DNA of 24,689 nt from an uncultured Verrucomicrobiales bacterium (GTDB lineage: Bacteria; Verrucomicrobiota; Verrucomicrobiia; Verrucomicrobiales; DEV007), in NCBI GenBank assembly GCA_937893785.1, contig CALCSP010000587.1, positions 1-24,689 on the forward strand, read 5' to 3'. A program made the translations under genes and the position numbers. A model generated the notes under the pieces. That model saw nothing but the letters and a program-made list of their open reading frames with translations, searched no databases and had not been told where the DNA came from. Positions within the stretch are counted from its first letter, which is position 1, and each line of letters opens with the position of its first letter. Shown here piece after piece: positions 7,379 to 16,957 of the stretch.

Positions 7379-10245
7379 TGTAAGAGTTTTGCTAACTTTA
7401 CCGCAACGCCCTTCATGCTCTTAGGCCATTGATCAAATGTCACGGTCTTAGCTCCTGGAATATCAGGCACGGTAATGCCTTCGACAAGGGATTTGGCAGG
7501 TTGCGCATAGAGGAACTGTAAATTCTTCTGGTCGTATGTACGAGACAAACTATTGGCGTAGATCTCCATCTCCGCGGCGTACTCCTCGGGGCGTTCACCG
7601 ATATTGCTTTCTGAGGGAATCCATATGACACCCGCTACGCCCATGGGAGTAAGCGGACTCACACACCAGTTGTAAGCATAGGTTGGAATTGTATCCTGAG
7701 ACACCACTTCTCCCTTACCCGGTTCGGGAAATGCCGGGGCCTGCAAGGCAAAAGTAGAGGCATCCGCCCCCTGTTTGGTTGATTCCTGAATGGCTCGCAC
7801 AAAGGCGTTTACTTCAGCGAGATGCCTCGATACTGCTTTGCGTGCCACCGACGTGTCTGGATACTGAAGGAACAATTCTTCCAGTCGCGCCTTAAAGGCC
7901 GAATTTTGACTATCGCGGACTCCGGCGAAGGACGTCCAGGATAATGGCGAGGCAAACTGCCGATTACGCCCTCCTTGGCCCGAGGACATGGTGATAAATC
8001 CCTGTGGAACACCCTGGCGGTCAATGGTCTTTGCAAATTCGTAAGCAAACATTGTCACTCCCCTTCCCTCTTGGGAGAAATCCGCACTCAACCAGTGGGA
8101 TCGATATTTGCCACTGCCCGTCTCAAAACGACGCTTTCTTGGGGTGGGAAAACTGCTGGCTTTGGTCTTCCTGCAAAACTCTCTGACCAGCGGCATGGCC
8201 TTAGGCAACTCTACCTCCTTGTTGCGACGGTCATAAGCCCACTCTGAAGTGAGCAGCGTGCTTCCCGTCAAGTACCAGACATCTCCGATAAGAATATCCC
8301 TGACTACGCGGTTGAACCCATGACTGGATTTGACCTCCAGGCTGATCGGCTTAGTCGAGGCCTTCCTTGGCGGAAAGGTCACTGACCATTGTTCCAGGTT
8401 ATTAGGCTCAACAGTCTGAGTCATCCCATCAAAGGCAACCGTCACCTTGACACCTCTATTGGCATGCCCCCAGACTTTAATTGGCTGATTACGCTGCAAA
8501 ATGACACCATCACGGTAATACTCTGCCACCTGCAGGATCGGATAATTGGGATCAGTCCAGCGCGCATACTTTGCCTTTAAAGCGGCGGCTTTTTCCAGAT
8601 CGTCCTCCTCAAAAATGAACTTGTTATCAATCGCGGCAAAGGGTGTCGCCGGCAATCCGGCCTTGTTATAAAGGTTGGAGTTCTCCGGCACGGCACTGTA
8701 AGCATATTGAACGCCTGTAGGCAAAGGCACCTTCTCGGAGGTTACCTCCACAACATCCCCCACGATTCTAGCCTCCGCCGGATGCCACTTCCTATCCTTG
8801 CCACATAACCGGAAGTGATTAAGCCTGGCATCAGGGGTGGGTATAGCTGGCTCAACGAATTTTCCTGGCTCCCTACGGTCCTTGGCCATGCCCTTACTGC
8901 CGACCATCAATCCACCAAAAAGGCTTTCCTTCTCGAAGGAAACCTTCACCTTACGGCCACTCACTGTGTATCCACTATATATGGGCCCCGTGTATGCAAT
9001 CTGCTTGCCATATTGCTTGGCCAAAGCCCACCTGGCCATCCTCATGCCTGGATGTAGCTTATTGTAATAATGGATACCCCCGGGGTTGGCCGAGTTAATA
9101 TCGGATTGCACCACCATGCCCACATTCTCCCGGTTGTTTGCAAAGAAAACGTGCTGAACCTGACGAATGTCGGCAAAGCCGACGTTATTTGGGTCCGGTG
9201 AACCATAGGGTTGCATCTGCGTAAAATAAAAAGGCATATCCGGCATTTCCCATGCATCACGCCATCCCCGAACTAAAGCTTCCATCCTTGAAGCATAAAT
9301 TCTGCCATCCCCGCTGTTACTCGTTCCTTGGCACCAAATGGCACCACGAATCGCATAAGGAATGACAGGGGCAATCTTTCCATTAAAGAACTGTGAGGGA
9401 CCGCGCCACATACCCGCAATCCCCGGAAGCTTGGGCCGGGCGGGCACCTTCCCGCCTTTCTCAGCTGCATGGCCAGCCACATCCTGCCATACCTTCAGGT
9501 CAGCGTAGTATTGATCGAAAGCCTTGCGTCCCTGGTCAGTCAGTGGATCCGCATCGTGAATGAGGTCCTTGTCCTCCTGAAGTTTCTGGTGCTCTTCGAT
9601 CGCCTCACGCTGAGTGAAAGCTTCAATGCGTGTATTACTATGTGCACTGAGAAGAATACCTATCGGCACCTTCAACTCTCTGTAGAGTTCGTGTGCAAAA
9701 GCAAGGGAAAGGGCGGAGAATCCGCCGGCTGCAGTTGACTTCTTCCAGCCTTCCTCTGATGTGGCCTTCTTTTGTGGATAGAGGGCAGAAACAGTATTGA
9801 TGTTAATCTCCCTGATGGGCACTTCTACTTTGGATGCAGCAATTTCTCGAGCCAGCTCGTTGCACATGCTTTTTCCCGCTACCCATACCATGTTGGACTG
9901 GCCGGATGAGAACCATACCTCACCGACAAGCACACCTTTAAGCGAGATCGATTTTCCTTGATCGTTCTTCACCTCAATAACACGTTCATTCCCGGATGCC
10001 TTCAGTGGAGCGAGTTTGACCATCCAGTCACCTTTGGTATCTGCTACAACTGACTTGGTTTGACCAGCAAACTCAACTGTCACCCTATTGCCCGGTTTAT
10101 CAAAACCCCAAACGGGAACGGCCTGCTCGCGCTGCAAGACCATGTTGTCAGTGAAGGGTGCGGCTAGGTCAAGTTTTCCAAACCCAATCGTAGGAATCAA
10201 GGCCTGCAATAAAGCAGTCAGAATAAAAAATAATGTTTTTTTCAT
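7375..10245 (-). CDS. Secreted two-module sialate O-acetylesterase-like (SASA/SGNH) protein; module 1 has catalytic motifs, module 2 is degenerate
   Basis: Signal peptide. FTDNMVLQREQAVPVWG, GEVWFSSGQSNM (Ser codon 9895-9897), IRGAIWCQGTSN, IHYYNK, VQYAYS...LYNKAGLPATPF. The pattern repeats from about 8535 (YRDGVILQRNQPIKVWG, GDVWYLTGSTLL, VAGVIWIPSESN). Confidence 0.88.
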   Translation of the reverse strand: MKKTLFFILTALLQALIPTIGFGKLDLAAPFTDNMVLQREQAVPVWGFDKPGNRVTVEFAGQTKSVVADTKGDWMVKLAPLKASGNERVIEVKNDQGKSISLKGVLVGEVWFSSGQSNMVWVAGKSMCNELAREIAASKVEVPIREININTVSALYPQKKATSEEGWKKSTAAGGFSALSLAFAHELYRELKVPIGILLSAHSNTRIEAFTQREAIEEHQKLQEDKDLIHDADPLTDQGRKAFDQYYADLKVWQDVAGHAAEKGGKVPARPKLPGIAGMWRGPSQFFNGKIAPVIPYAIRGAIWCQGTSNSGDGRIYASRMEALVRGWRDAWEMPDMPFYFTQMQPYGSPDPNNVGFADIRQVQHVFFANNRENVGMVVQSDINSANPGGIHYYNKLHPGMRMARWALAKQYGKQIAYTGPIYSGYTVSGRKVKVSFEKESLFGGLMVGSKGMAKDRREPGKFVEPAIPTPDARLNHFRLCGKDRKWHPAEARIVGDVVEVTSEKVPLPTGVQYAYSAVPENSNLYNKAGLPATPFAAIDNKFIFEEDDLEKAAALKAKYARWTDPNYPILQVAEYYRDGVILQRNQPIKVWGHANRGVKVTVAFDGMTQTVEPNNLEQWSVTFPPRKASTKPISLEVKSSHGFNRVVRDILIGDVWYLTGSTLLTSEWAYDRRNKEVELPKAMPLVREFCRKTKASSFPTPRKRRFETGSGKYRSHWLSADFSQEGRGVTMFAYEFAKTIDRQGVPQGFITMSSGQGGRNRQFASPLSWTSFAGVRDSQNSAFKARLEELFLQYPDTSVARKAVSRHLAEVNAFVRAIQESTKQGADASTFALQAPAFPEPGKGEVVSQDTIPTYAYNWCVSPLTPMGVAGVIWIPSESNIGERPEEYAAEMEIYANSLSRTYDQKNLQFLYAQPAKSLVEGITVPDIPGAKTVTFDQWPKSMKGVAVKLAKLLQ

Positions 10246-10310
10246 AAATTGATGATTGAAGTGAATCCTTATGGTGACTCAACCACAACGCCATTGACTG
10301 CATCGGCCAA

Positions 10311-13300
10311 TTAACGTGCCAACACCAGAAGCTGTGTTTTCCAGCCAGGCTTATTGCGGGTCCCAAACCCCCCTACCTCAACGAAAAGGTAGTCCTTACC
10401 CCCTATATTTCTGGGTTTCATTTTAAGAGCCTGAAACTTGGTCAGATCCATCAAAATGTCTCCCGACCATGCCCAAACCGGGTTATCCGTGCTACCACCA
10501 TCTTTGAAACTGATGCTAGAAAAAGGAGGCCGATTGACCCGATTTTTCTTGTTAGGATCGAAGTCTGCCACTGTTGGGACCTGCGCAATCACCTTCCAAG
10601 AACCGGCTATTTTCGGGTTGTTTTCAAATCGACCATCCCAGCGAAATTTTTCTGCGGAAACAGATTTTTCCCTATCTTCGGGATCCTGTGCATCCTGCCA
10701 TTGCGAGGAAAGCATCGGCACAATCGAAGCAGATTTAAATACGAGTGCATCACCCATGGGCGGTAGCTTCTGCTCTTCGATATGGATGCTAAACTTGCCC
10801 TGGGGAACGGGACTGCTGGGCTTAACCTTATACTTGTCGTTATTGCGCAGGAACGTCATGGCTGCAATACAGAGATTTCCACTCCTCAGGTCATCCATGA
10901 ACTCCTCAGTGATGTAAGCACCCTTAGGTAGACCACCTGACCCTCGGCCATTACAAGTCGTAACCTCAATCAGTTGCTTCCCATTAATGTAGATAATATG
11001 CCCGCCTCCTGCTCCTACATGATTACCGTCATTGACACGAATGCGGTACCGGTAACCAGGCTTAACCGGAGGAATCTTAAAATTCTGTCGCATCAACAGC
11101 ACTTCCTTCTCCCAGAAAGTATTAACCTTAGTTCCACCAAAACAGTTAGGGCCAATGCATCCCGATCCGCACTTGTGGATCGGACCATTGGGAATCTTAC
11201 CCATATAGTGACCAAAGGGGCTATTGCCCTGCTTGAAGCCTTTCAACTTTTTTGCATGATGAGCTTCATACCATTTTTCCATACCCTCGGGCATTGTCAC
11301 TTTCCGGTATCGAGTGATGAGCTGATCAAAAGGCACCTGCTCAGAAGCAATCGGGTCAAAGCTGTGATAATTCCACTTTGCGTTTCGCAGATCCATGAAC
11401 ATTTTCCAGCCATATTCCTTATCTCCAGCCCTGTCGTAGAGAGCTACCAACCCGTCAATAGCATCTCTAGATCCCCCCGGAAATCCTGATTGAATCTCTC
11501 CACCCGCAAGTTGTCTTAGCCTCTCTCTGTTCCTGCCGACATATTCAGGAATTAACTCATCAACGATGATCGGGTTAATTGCCTGCTTCAACACCTGCCC
11601 AAAACCACTCGAATCGGCATTCAAAAACAACTCCTTGTAGGGAAGAATTTCCTCCGGCTGTCGCTGGCGAGCAATCTGATAGAGCACATCTAGCCCTCCC
11701 GGAACCATCGCCAAGGATTCTGCAATGCCATCTAGGTGATACTCATAAGTTGAAGTCGTATCCAGCCCCCCAGGAGCAGTCTTGGCTCCCGAATATGACG
11801 TAAAGGTATACTCGAGAATTTTAGTGGCCAGCTTTTGAACTTTAGGATCGGCGGCCTTGAGCTTGGCACGAATCCCGCCCGTCAGCCCCCGGGTAATGGA
11901 CACACGCTGGTTGTTGCGCACCAGATCCCCAACGGCTGGAAGCACTCGCTCATAGCAACGCTGATCGGCCACCACCGGAGTCAGGGCAGTAATAGCAGCA
12001 TTCTTGAGCCAATCCTCTTCATGCTTGAGATATGGAAGCAACGTATCCACATGGGGTAACACTTGGTCAGCTGTTCCTCGTCCGATGATTTGCAGCGCTG
12101 CATCCTTAACCCACCAGGATTCTTCTGGATCCTTAACTGCCTTGATAGCCAATGCGAAAATTTCAGAATTAATAATATCAGTCTTACCAAGGATTGCACC
12201 AAACATTGCGCGACGCACCCGTGCATCAGAATGTTGAAGAAACTCCATCACCAGATTCATTCGCACTTTACCCCCACCCGACTTCCATCCAATGTAACCG
12301 CTGTTGATACCAAGAGCCTTAAAAGCAGCAATATTTCGGATGTTGTGTTCCTGATGGTGAATGTATCTGCGAATCTGTTCGTCGGTTGGTTGTTCCTTGC
12401 CATGAAACCGGCGAATAAAAGCCATACCTGAATCCTCAGCCAGGGTCTCAGCGGACAGGTCCTGCTGCAAACCGTCAAGGCCGGGCACTGCCTCAAAAGA
12501 GAGAAAATCATTATCCGCTTTTGTTCCCCACAACTGCCCGGGCAATTGGTAAGGCCTTGAAAACTTGCTGCGAGGAGCACCAGCAATACGCAGATTTTTA
12601 CGCGGAATGGTATAGGCCAATGGATACGCCACACCCCACTGCTCCTTGTCATAACCACCCCCACCCAAGATGCCAAATGACCCATCAAAGCGCCGGGAAA
12701 GGTCATAATGCCATTTACGATTATCCATGAAGTCCCGGTATTGCTTGGGTTTCTTATCGAACATGAGGCCCATGGCAGCACTGCGCCAAATCTCGCCAAT
12801 CCCACCACCAGTATGACCGTGCAGCATGAAACTCGTCGTATAAAAACTCTGAATCGCACACACGTCACGAGCTTTGGCATAAACGGAGTTTTCACCGTCC
12901 GGGGTCAGAGCAGCTGCCGCCGCCATGGCAAAAGCCAGTTTGCCATTCTTCCCGTTATCCACAAATCCCACCTCAGGGCGATCGTCCCCATAGGGATTGT
13001 TTCCTCTACCGGCATATCGATAGAAATGACGCAGGGAGCGAAGAAGCAAGCGGTCCGGCACATCGGCTCCACATTCCTTGGCCAACATGAGAAAGGTAAC
13101 TACATGAGTACCGGCAGCATTGAGATGCCCCTGTCCATAGGAGGTCAGAGCACTACCCCTGCCGGCCCAGCCATCGTTGTGCTGAGACTTGTCGGCGTTC
13201 TCGACACCTATCTGAATATTATCGAGAATTTTAGGATCTCCGGTCCTCAGATAACACTCAGCCAAGGGAATACCACCATAGCCAATATACCAGGGATAAC

Positions 13301-13919
13301 GGTGAGGTTTCACATCTCGAGCCCATTGCCTGACTACTTCAAGATCCCGAGCATCTCCAGTGGAAAGCAAGAAGAGCATACCAATGCCAGCTAAGCCCTT
13401 CTGTGTGTCGGGGCTGGAAAGATAATCTGCTACCTGCCGAACAATTTTGTCAGACTTAGGACAATTCAACGGCCATGTTTTGCTGTAGGCTCCCAGCACC
13501 GGAACCTTCACCGTGACCGGATCAACAATCCCCCTAATTGCAAAGCGAAGAATTCCATCTGAAGCTTCGGCTTCGGCCAGGATGTTCCCCAGCTGAATGC
13601 GTGGATCAATATCGGCAAGTTTCTTCCCGTTAATCGAATCGATCACCTGTCCTTCCGACAACTTACCCGTAGCGGCTGCAGGTGAACCTTCCTCAATATG
13701 GGAAATACGCATCGTGAAAGCAGGCTGTATTAGGTCGATACCCATGCCAACCGGGCCAAATCGCTTAATGTTCTGCAATGACTTGGTGGCGTCCGGACGC
13801 GTCGAAAAAATTCCGTTTGCTTCCTTGTAGAAAGATTGCGCAGTCGCCAAGAAAGAGGATGGAAACAGTATAGCTAATACACCAATAGAAAGCTTAGTCT
13901 TAATTGAGAACTTGATCAT
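10311..13919 (-). CDS. Secreted multidomain protein: PDZ-like domain + DUF6288-like helical domain + HEAT-like repeats + ~280-aa module shared with the 842-aa esterase + C-terminal ~150-aa domain
   Basis: Signal peptide. GPVGMGI...ISHIEEGSPAA..GKLSEGQVIDSING (PDZ-like, about 13501-13757). GHLNAAG, DNGKNG, GHTGGGIG, WHYDLSRRFDGSFG (DUF6288-like as I recall the family). Repeats of L+HxD..VR.AA type at about 11815-12385 (HEAT-like). Confidence 0.75.
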   Translation of the reverse strand: MIKFSIKTKLSIGVLAILFPSSFLATAQSFYKEANGIFSTRPDATKSLQNIKRFGPVGMGIDLIQPAFTMRISHIEEGSPAAATGKLSEGQVIDSINGKKLADIDPRIQLGNILAEAEASDGILRFAIRGIVDPVTVKVPVLGAYSKTWPLNCPKSDKIVRQVADYLSSPDTQKGLAGIGMLFLLSTGDARDLEVVRQWARDVKPHRYPWYIGYGGIPLAECYLRTGDPKILDNIQIGVENADKSQHNDGWAGRGSALTSYGQGHLNAAGTHVVTFLMLAKECGADVPDRLLLRSLRHFYRYAGRGNNPYGDDRPEVGFVDNGKNGKLAFAMAAAAALTPDGENSVYAKARDVCAIQSFYTTSFMLHGHTGGGIGEIWRSAAMGLMFDKKPKQYRDFMDNRKWHYDLSRRFDGSFGILGGGGYDKEQWGVAYPLAYTIPRKNLRIAGAPRSKFSRPYQLPGQLWGTKADNDFLSFEAVPGLDGLQQDLSAETLAEDSGMAFIRRFHGKEQPTDEQIRRYIHHQEHNIRNIAAFKALGINSGYIGWKSGGGKVRMNLVMEFLQHSDARVRRAMFGAILGKTDIINSEIFALAIKAVKDPEESWWVKDAALQIIGRGTADQVLPHVDTLLPYLKHEEDWLKNAAITALTPVVADQRCYERVLPAVGDLVRNNQRVSITRGLTGGIRAKLKAADPKVQKLATKILEYTFTSYSGAKTAPGGLDTTSTYEYHLDGIAESLAMVPGGLDVLYQIARQRQPEEILPYKELFLNADSSGFGQVLKQAINPIIVDELIPEYVGRNRERLRQLAGGEIQSGFPGGSRDAIDGLVALYDRAGDKEYGWKMFMDLRNAKWNYHSFDPIASEQVPFDQLITRYRKVTMPEGMEKWYEAHHAKKLKGFKQGNSPFGHYMGKIPNGPIHKCGSGCIGPNCFGGTKVNTFWEKEVLLMRQNFKIPPVKPGYRYRIRVNDGNHVGAGGGHIIYINGKQLIEVTTCNGRGSGGLPKGAYITEEFMDDLRSGNLCIAAMTFLRNNDKYKVKPSSPVPQGKFSIHIEEQKLPPMGDALVFKSASIVPMLSSQWQDAQDPEDREKSVSAEKFRWDGRFENNPKIAGSWKVIAQVPTVADFDPNKKNRVNRPPFSSISFKDGGSTDNPVWAWSGDILMDLTKFQALKMKPRNIGGKDYLFVEVGGFGTRNKPGWKTQLLVLAR

Positions 13920-14671
13920 GACTTGGAAAATGTGGACTTAAGTCTGAGGCGCAGGATTACCTTTTTACCAATTTCAGGCAAACCCACTGGGTTCACCTGC
14001 CAGATAAGACCTTGATTGTTATGCCCATGAATACCCGGCAGGCAGAGGAATTCATCACCAAATGTGGAAATGGAAATCACATTGCCACTTTGTTCACAAA
14101 CATACTTTTTAGGCCCAGGGCCGTTCTGTACAAGGTGTGAGCCAGCAAAAAGAAAGTAATCAGGAAATTTTTCCATCTCTTTGCTTTTTATACTTCCGGC
14201 CTTGGCACCAGAACCAACAGGGGAAACAAACTTGTTGATGGAATGCTCTACTTGCCTCCCTTTCGAATCAGTAAATACAAGGGATACCCAAACCTGATCC
14301 CCTGAGGGGTCAACGGGAACCCAGCGGATATCTTTACCATCAATCATCTTTTTCATGGCAGGATTTCCGGGTTTTACCCCCATCAGGAGCAACGCCGTAT
14401 GGATGTGCATCGGGCGGGCGGCTAGGGCAATGATGGATTCATGTTCCTTAGTTCCTTCTGTGCAAGCAACCAATTCCAAAGATCCTTCATGCAGACACAC
14501 TGTCGCATCCACATCGACACACCACTCTTTAAGGTTCAGTTCGATCCCCGGCAGCTCCAGCTTTCGCAAAGCTTCTTTCATGTCCTCCGAATGTTTTGGA
14601 GCCCGCTCATCAGCCCATGAAACCGAAGAAATTAGAGCAAAACTCAGGGCTAAATGGAATTGAGAGGGCAT
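13916..14671 (-). CDS. Exported YdjY-domain protein
   Basis: Signal peptide. LELVACTEGTKEHESII, HTALLLMGVKPGNP, FLFAGS, GNVISISTFGDE and LPEIGKKVILRL match the YdjY-domain family as I know it from PVC genomes. ATGA overlap with the DUF6288 gene. Confidence 0.72.
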   Translation of the reverse strand: MPSQFHLALSFALISSVSWADERAPKHSEDMKEALRKLELPGIELNLKEWCVDVDATVCLHEGSLELVACTEGTKEHESIIALAARPMHIHTALLLMGVKPGNPAMKKMIDGKDIRWVPVDPSGDQVWVSLVFTDSKGRQVEHSINKFVSPVGSGAKAGSIKSKEMEKFPDYFLFAGSHLVQNGPGPKKYVCEQSGNVISISTFGDEFLCLPGIHGHNNQGLIWQVNPVGLPEIGKKVILRLRLKSTFSKS

Positions 14672-14726
14672 GACCTTTGAATGCTTACTAATAAAAATAG
14701 AATAACTGACGTTTAATGCGATGACA

Positions 14727-14768
14727 TAGTAACGGTTTTATGCGTATTTATAACGCTCTTTTATGACA
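14727..14768 (-). promoter_or_regulatory. Candidate AraC/XylR-type operator: two direct half-sites with 21-bp period
   Basis: Minus strand reads TGTCATAAAAGAGCGTTATAA|ATACGCATAAAACCGTTACTA. The first 32 nt match the element at 23257-23288 at 25/32 positions. It lies in the divergent YdjY/sulfatase intergenic region. Confidence 0.6.
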
Positions 14769-14863
14769 GGCCAATTGCAATGGTAGCTTACTGCGTTCAA
14801 CTCAGAGCCCCATAAAGTAAGCTTAAATAACCGAATAAAACGCCTTATTCACAAACTTATTAA

Positions 14864-16297
14864 ATGCACCTAAAACTCATACATCTGATTCTCCTGCTCA
14901 TAGGTTGTTCATCCGCATTACAGGCAGCAAAGCCCAATGTGCTCTTTATCGCCATTGATGATTTAAATGACTGGATCGGCGCCCTTGAAGGCCATCCCCA
15001 GGCACATACCCCACACTTGGACAAACTGGCTAAGCGTGGCGTTCTCTTTACCCGTGCATACTGCGCTGCACCCTCATGCAACCCTTCCCGGGCTGCACTG
15101 ATGACCGGTATTCTCCCTTCCACCAGCGGAGTCTACCACAATTCGCACCCGTGGCGAGTGGCGCTGCCGAAGGCAGTAACCTTACCTCAGCACTTCACTG
15201 CACATGGTTATTGGTCGGCTGGATCAGGAAAAATCTATCATGGCCGTTATCCTGATCCTGCCTCATGGCAAACCTATTTCCCTGACCAGAAAAAGAACAA
15301 GCCGGTGGATCCGTTGCCAGCAACCCGACCGGTCAACGGCATTCCACAAACAGCACATTTTGACTGGGGACCGGTTTCGAAGCCCGCCAGCGCCATGGGC
15401 GATTACCAAGTAGCTGACTGGATCATTGAGCAGTTAAATCGCGAACATGACAAGCCTTTCTTCCTGGCCTGCGGCATCTATCGCCCGCACCTGCCATGGT
15501 ATGTTCCGCGCAAATATTTTGACCTGTTCAAGGAAAGCGAAATCCAACTGCCTGCGGTCATCGAGAAGGATCTCAAGGATGTGCCAGCCGCCGGTATCAA
15601 AATGGCCAAGCCGCAAGGCGACCACGCTAAGGTCAACAAGCATCAACAGTGGAAAAAAGCCGTGCATGGTTACCTAGCTTCCGTTGCATTTGCAGACGAG
15701 CAGGTGGGGCGTGTGCTCTCAGCCCTTGAGAAAAGCCCCCATGCTGAAAATACCATCATCGTGCTTTGGACGGACCATGGGTGGCATCTGGGCGAAAAGG
15801 AGCACTGGCGAAAATTCACTTTGTGGGAACGCGCCGGCCGCACGCCGGTTATGTTTGTGGTCCCCAAGGGCATATCCGGGGCACTGACACAAGGGACACG
15901 ATCCGGGATGCGTGTGGATCAACCGGTGGGGCTAATCGATATCTATCCCACGCTCGTTGATCTCTGTGGACTGGGCGAAAACAAGGCATTGGAAGGACAA
16001 AGCCTAGTACCCTTACTGGCTGATCCAACATCAAAACGGGATCGACCGGCACTCACCACCTATGGACGTAATAACCATGCCCTGCGAACCACCCAGTGGC
16101 GCTACATCCGATATGCCGATGGATCCGAGGAACTTTATGATCACAAAAAAGATCCCAATGAATGGAGCAACCTTGCCAACAAGCCAAAATATGCGCAACT
16201 GAAGAAGGAGTTGGCCAGATGGTTTCCGAAAACAAACGCTCCCTCTGCCAAGGAATCAAAAAAAAGAAAAAGCCAAAAAAACAATAGTCGCAGTTAA
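14864..16297 (+). CDS. Secreted formylglycine-dependent (S1) sulfatase, iduronate-2-sulfatase/choline-sulfatase-like
   Basis: Signal peptide. KPNVLFIAIDDLND, CNPSR (15077-15091) in YCAAPSCNPSRAALMTG, GKIYH, PFFLACGIYRPHLPW, WTDHGWHLGEKEHWRKFTLWE, ELYDHKKDPNEWSNLA. Confidence 0.93.
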   Translation: MHLKLIHLILLLIGCSSALQAAKPNVLFIAIDDLNDWIGALEGHPQAHTPHLDKLAKRGVLFTRAYCAAPSCNPSRAALMTGILPSTSGVYHNSHPWRVALPKAVTLPQHFTAHGYWSAGSGKIYHGRYPDPASWQTYFPDQKKNKPVDPLPATRPVNGIPQTAHFDWGPVSKPASAMGDYQVADWIIEQLNREHDKPFFLACGIYRPHLPWYVPRKYFDLFKESEIQLPAVIEKDLKDVPAAGIKMAKPQGDHAKVNKHQQWKKAVHGYLASVAFADEQVGRVLSALEKSPHAENTIIVLWTDHGWHLGEKEHWRKFTLWERAGRTPVMFVVPKGISGALTQGTRSGMRVDQPVGLIDIYPTLVDLCGLGENKALEGQSLVPLLADPTSKRDRPALTTYGRNNHALRTTQWRYIRYADGSEELYDHKKDPNEWSNLANKPKYAQLKKELARWFPKTNAPSAKESKKRKSQKNNSRS

Positions 16298-16313
16298 TCA
16301 AATGGCCTATCCC

Positions 16314-16772
16314 CTATTCCTCAACAGGCTGCACTCCATTGGCATAAACCACGTTGTAGCCGCCATCCTGCGCCCCCTCCTTTGACCATCCGTCATAGGA
16401 ATCACAGGCAAGATAGAAGCGGTAAGTATTACCTTTTTGGGGCTGTGATCCATAGGAACCTCCCCCGGCCGGAACCAGTCCAAATCCTTTCCAATCCCGG
16501 TCGAAGTATCGCACATAAACCAAGCGTTCCGGACCCTTCCCCTTTTCAAGTTCCTCAACCTGCACCTCCGCCACCTTACGGATATATTCATATTTACCCT
16601 CTCGCTCGGTAAAGGAATAGATGGCCTGCACCTTGCCGACCACAACGTGTGTGGCAACTTTCTCTAGTTGCTTTTTAGTATAGGGCGCTTTCTCAGCCTG
16701 CGCCTTATGGCACAAAAAAAGGCCAGTCAATAGGACAGATAAGAGCGTTGTTTTTCGGGTTAGAAGTTTCAT
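16314..16772 (-). CDS. Small secreted hypothetical protein (possible OB/TIMP-like beta fold)
   Basis: Signal peptide ending AQA-E. The beta-rich mature part starts ATHVVVGKV...VAEVQVEELEKG. The ORF track starts at TTG 16775; the ATG at 16772 is the more likely start. The fold is an inference. Confidence 0.7.
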   Translation of the reverse strand: MKLLTRKTTLLSVLLTGLFLCHKAQAEKAPYTKKQLEKVATHVVVGKVQAIYSFTEREGKYEYIRKVAEVQVEELEKGKGPERLVYVRYFDRDWKGFGLVPAGGGSYGSQPQKGNTYRFYLACDSYDGWSKEGAQDGGYNVVYANGVQPVEE

Positions 16773-16957
16773 CAATTTGCGGGGATTTGGTATTTTATTA
16801 GGAATGATTACCTGTAATTCCTATCGGATTATCGAGATGTAAATAACAGGTGATGCACTGCTTATTATGTCACGACGAATAGCCGTCACCATTTATTAGA
16901 TTTTTTTTCACCCCGCAAGCACGCCGGCAAAAATTAATACAATCACATCTTTCATCT

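Noticed and set aside
11519-11528. (CT)5 dinucleotide run
   Set aside because: Short, in frame, encodes R-E-R; not a credible microsatellite switch.
10438-13394. Long alternative ORFs (10438..10917, 10974..11489, 12257..12895, 12708..13394 and others)
   Set aside because: All lie wholly within the 1202-aa gene on the opposite strand or another frame, and show no motifs or signal features.
16250-16297. A-rich tract at the sulfatase 3' end
   Set aside because: It encodes a Lys-rich C-tail of a kind I often see on PVC sulfatases. I found no convincing upstream hairpin to make it a minus-strand terminator.
16777-16918. 8-bp inverted repeat TTGCGGGG...CCCCGCAA bracketing most of an intergenic region (MITE-like?)
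   Set aside because: Only 8 bp, not extendable, no target-site duplication seen; plausible by chance.
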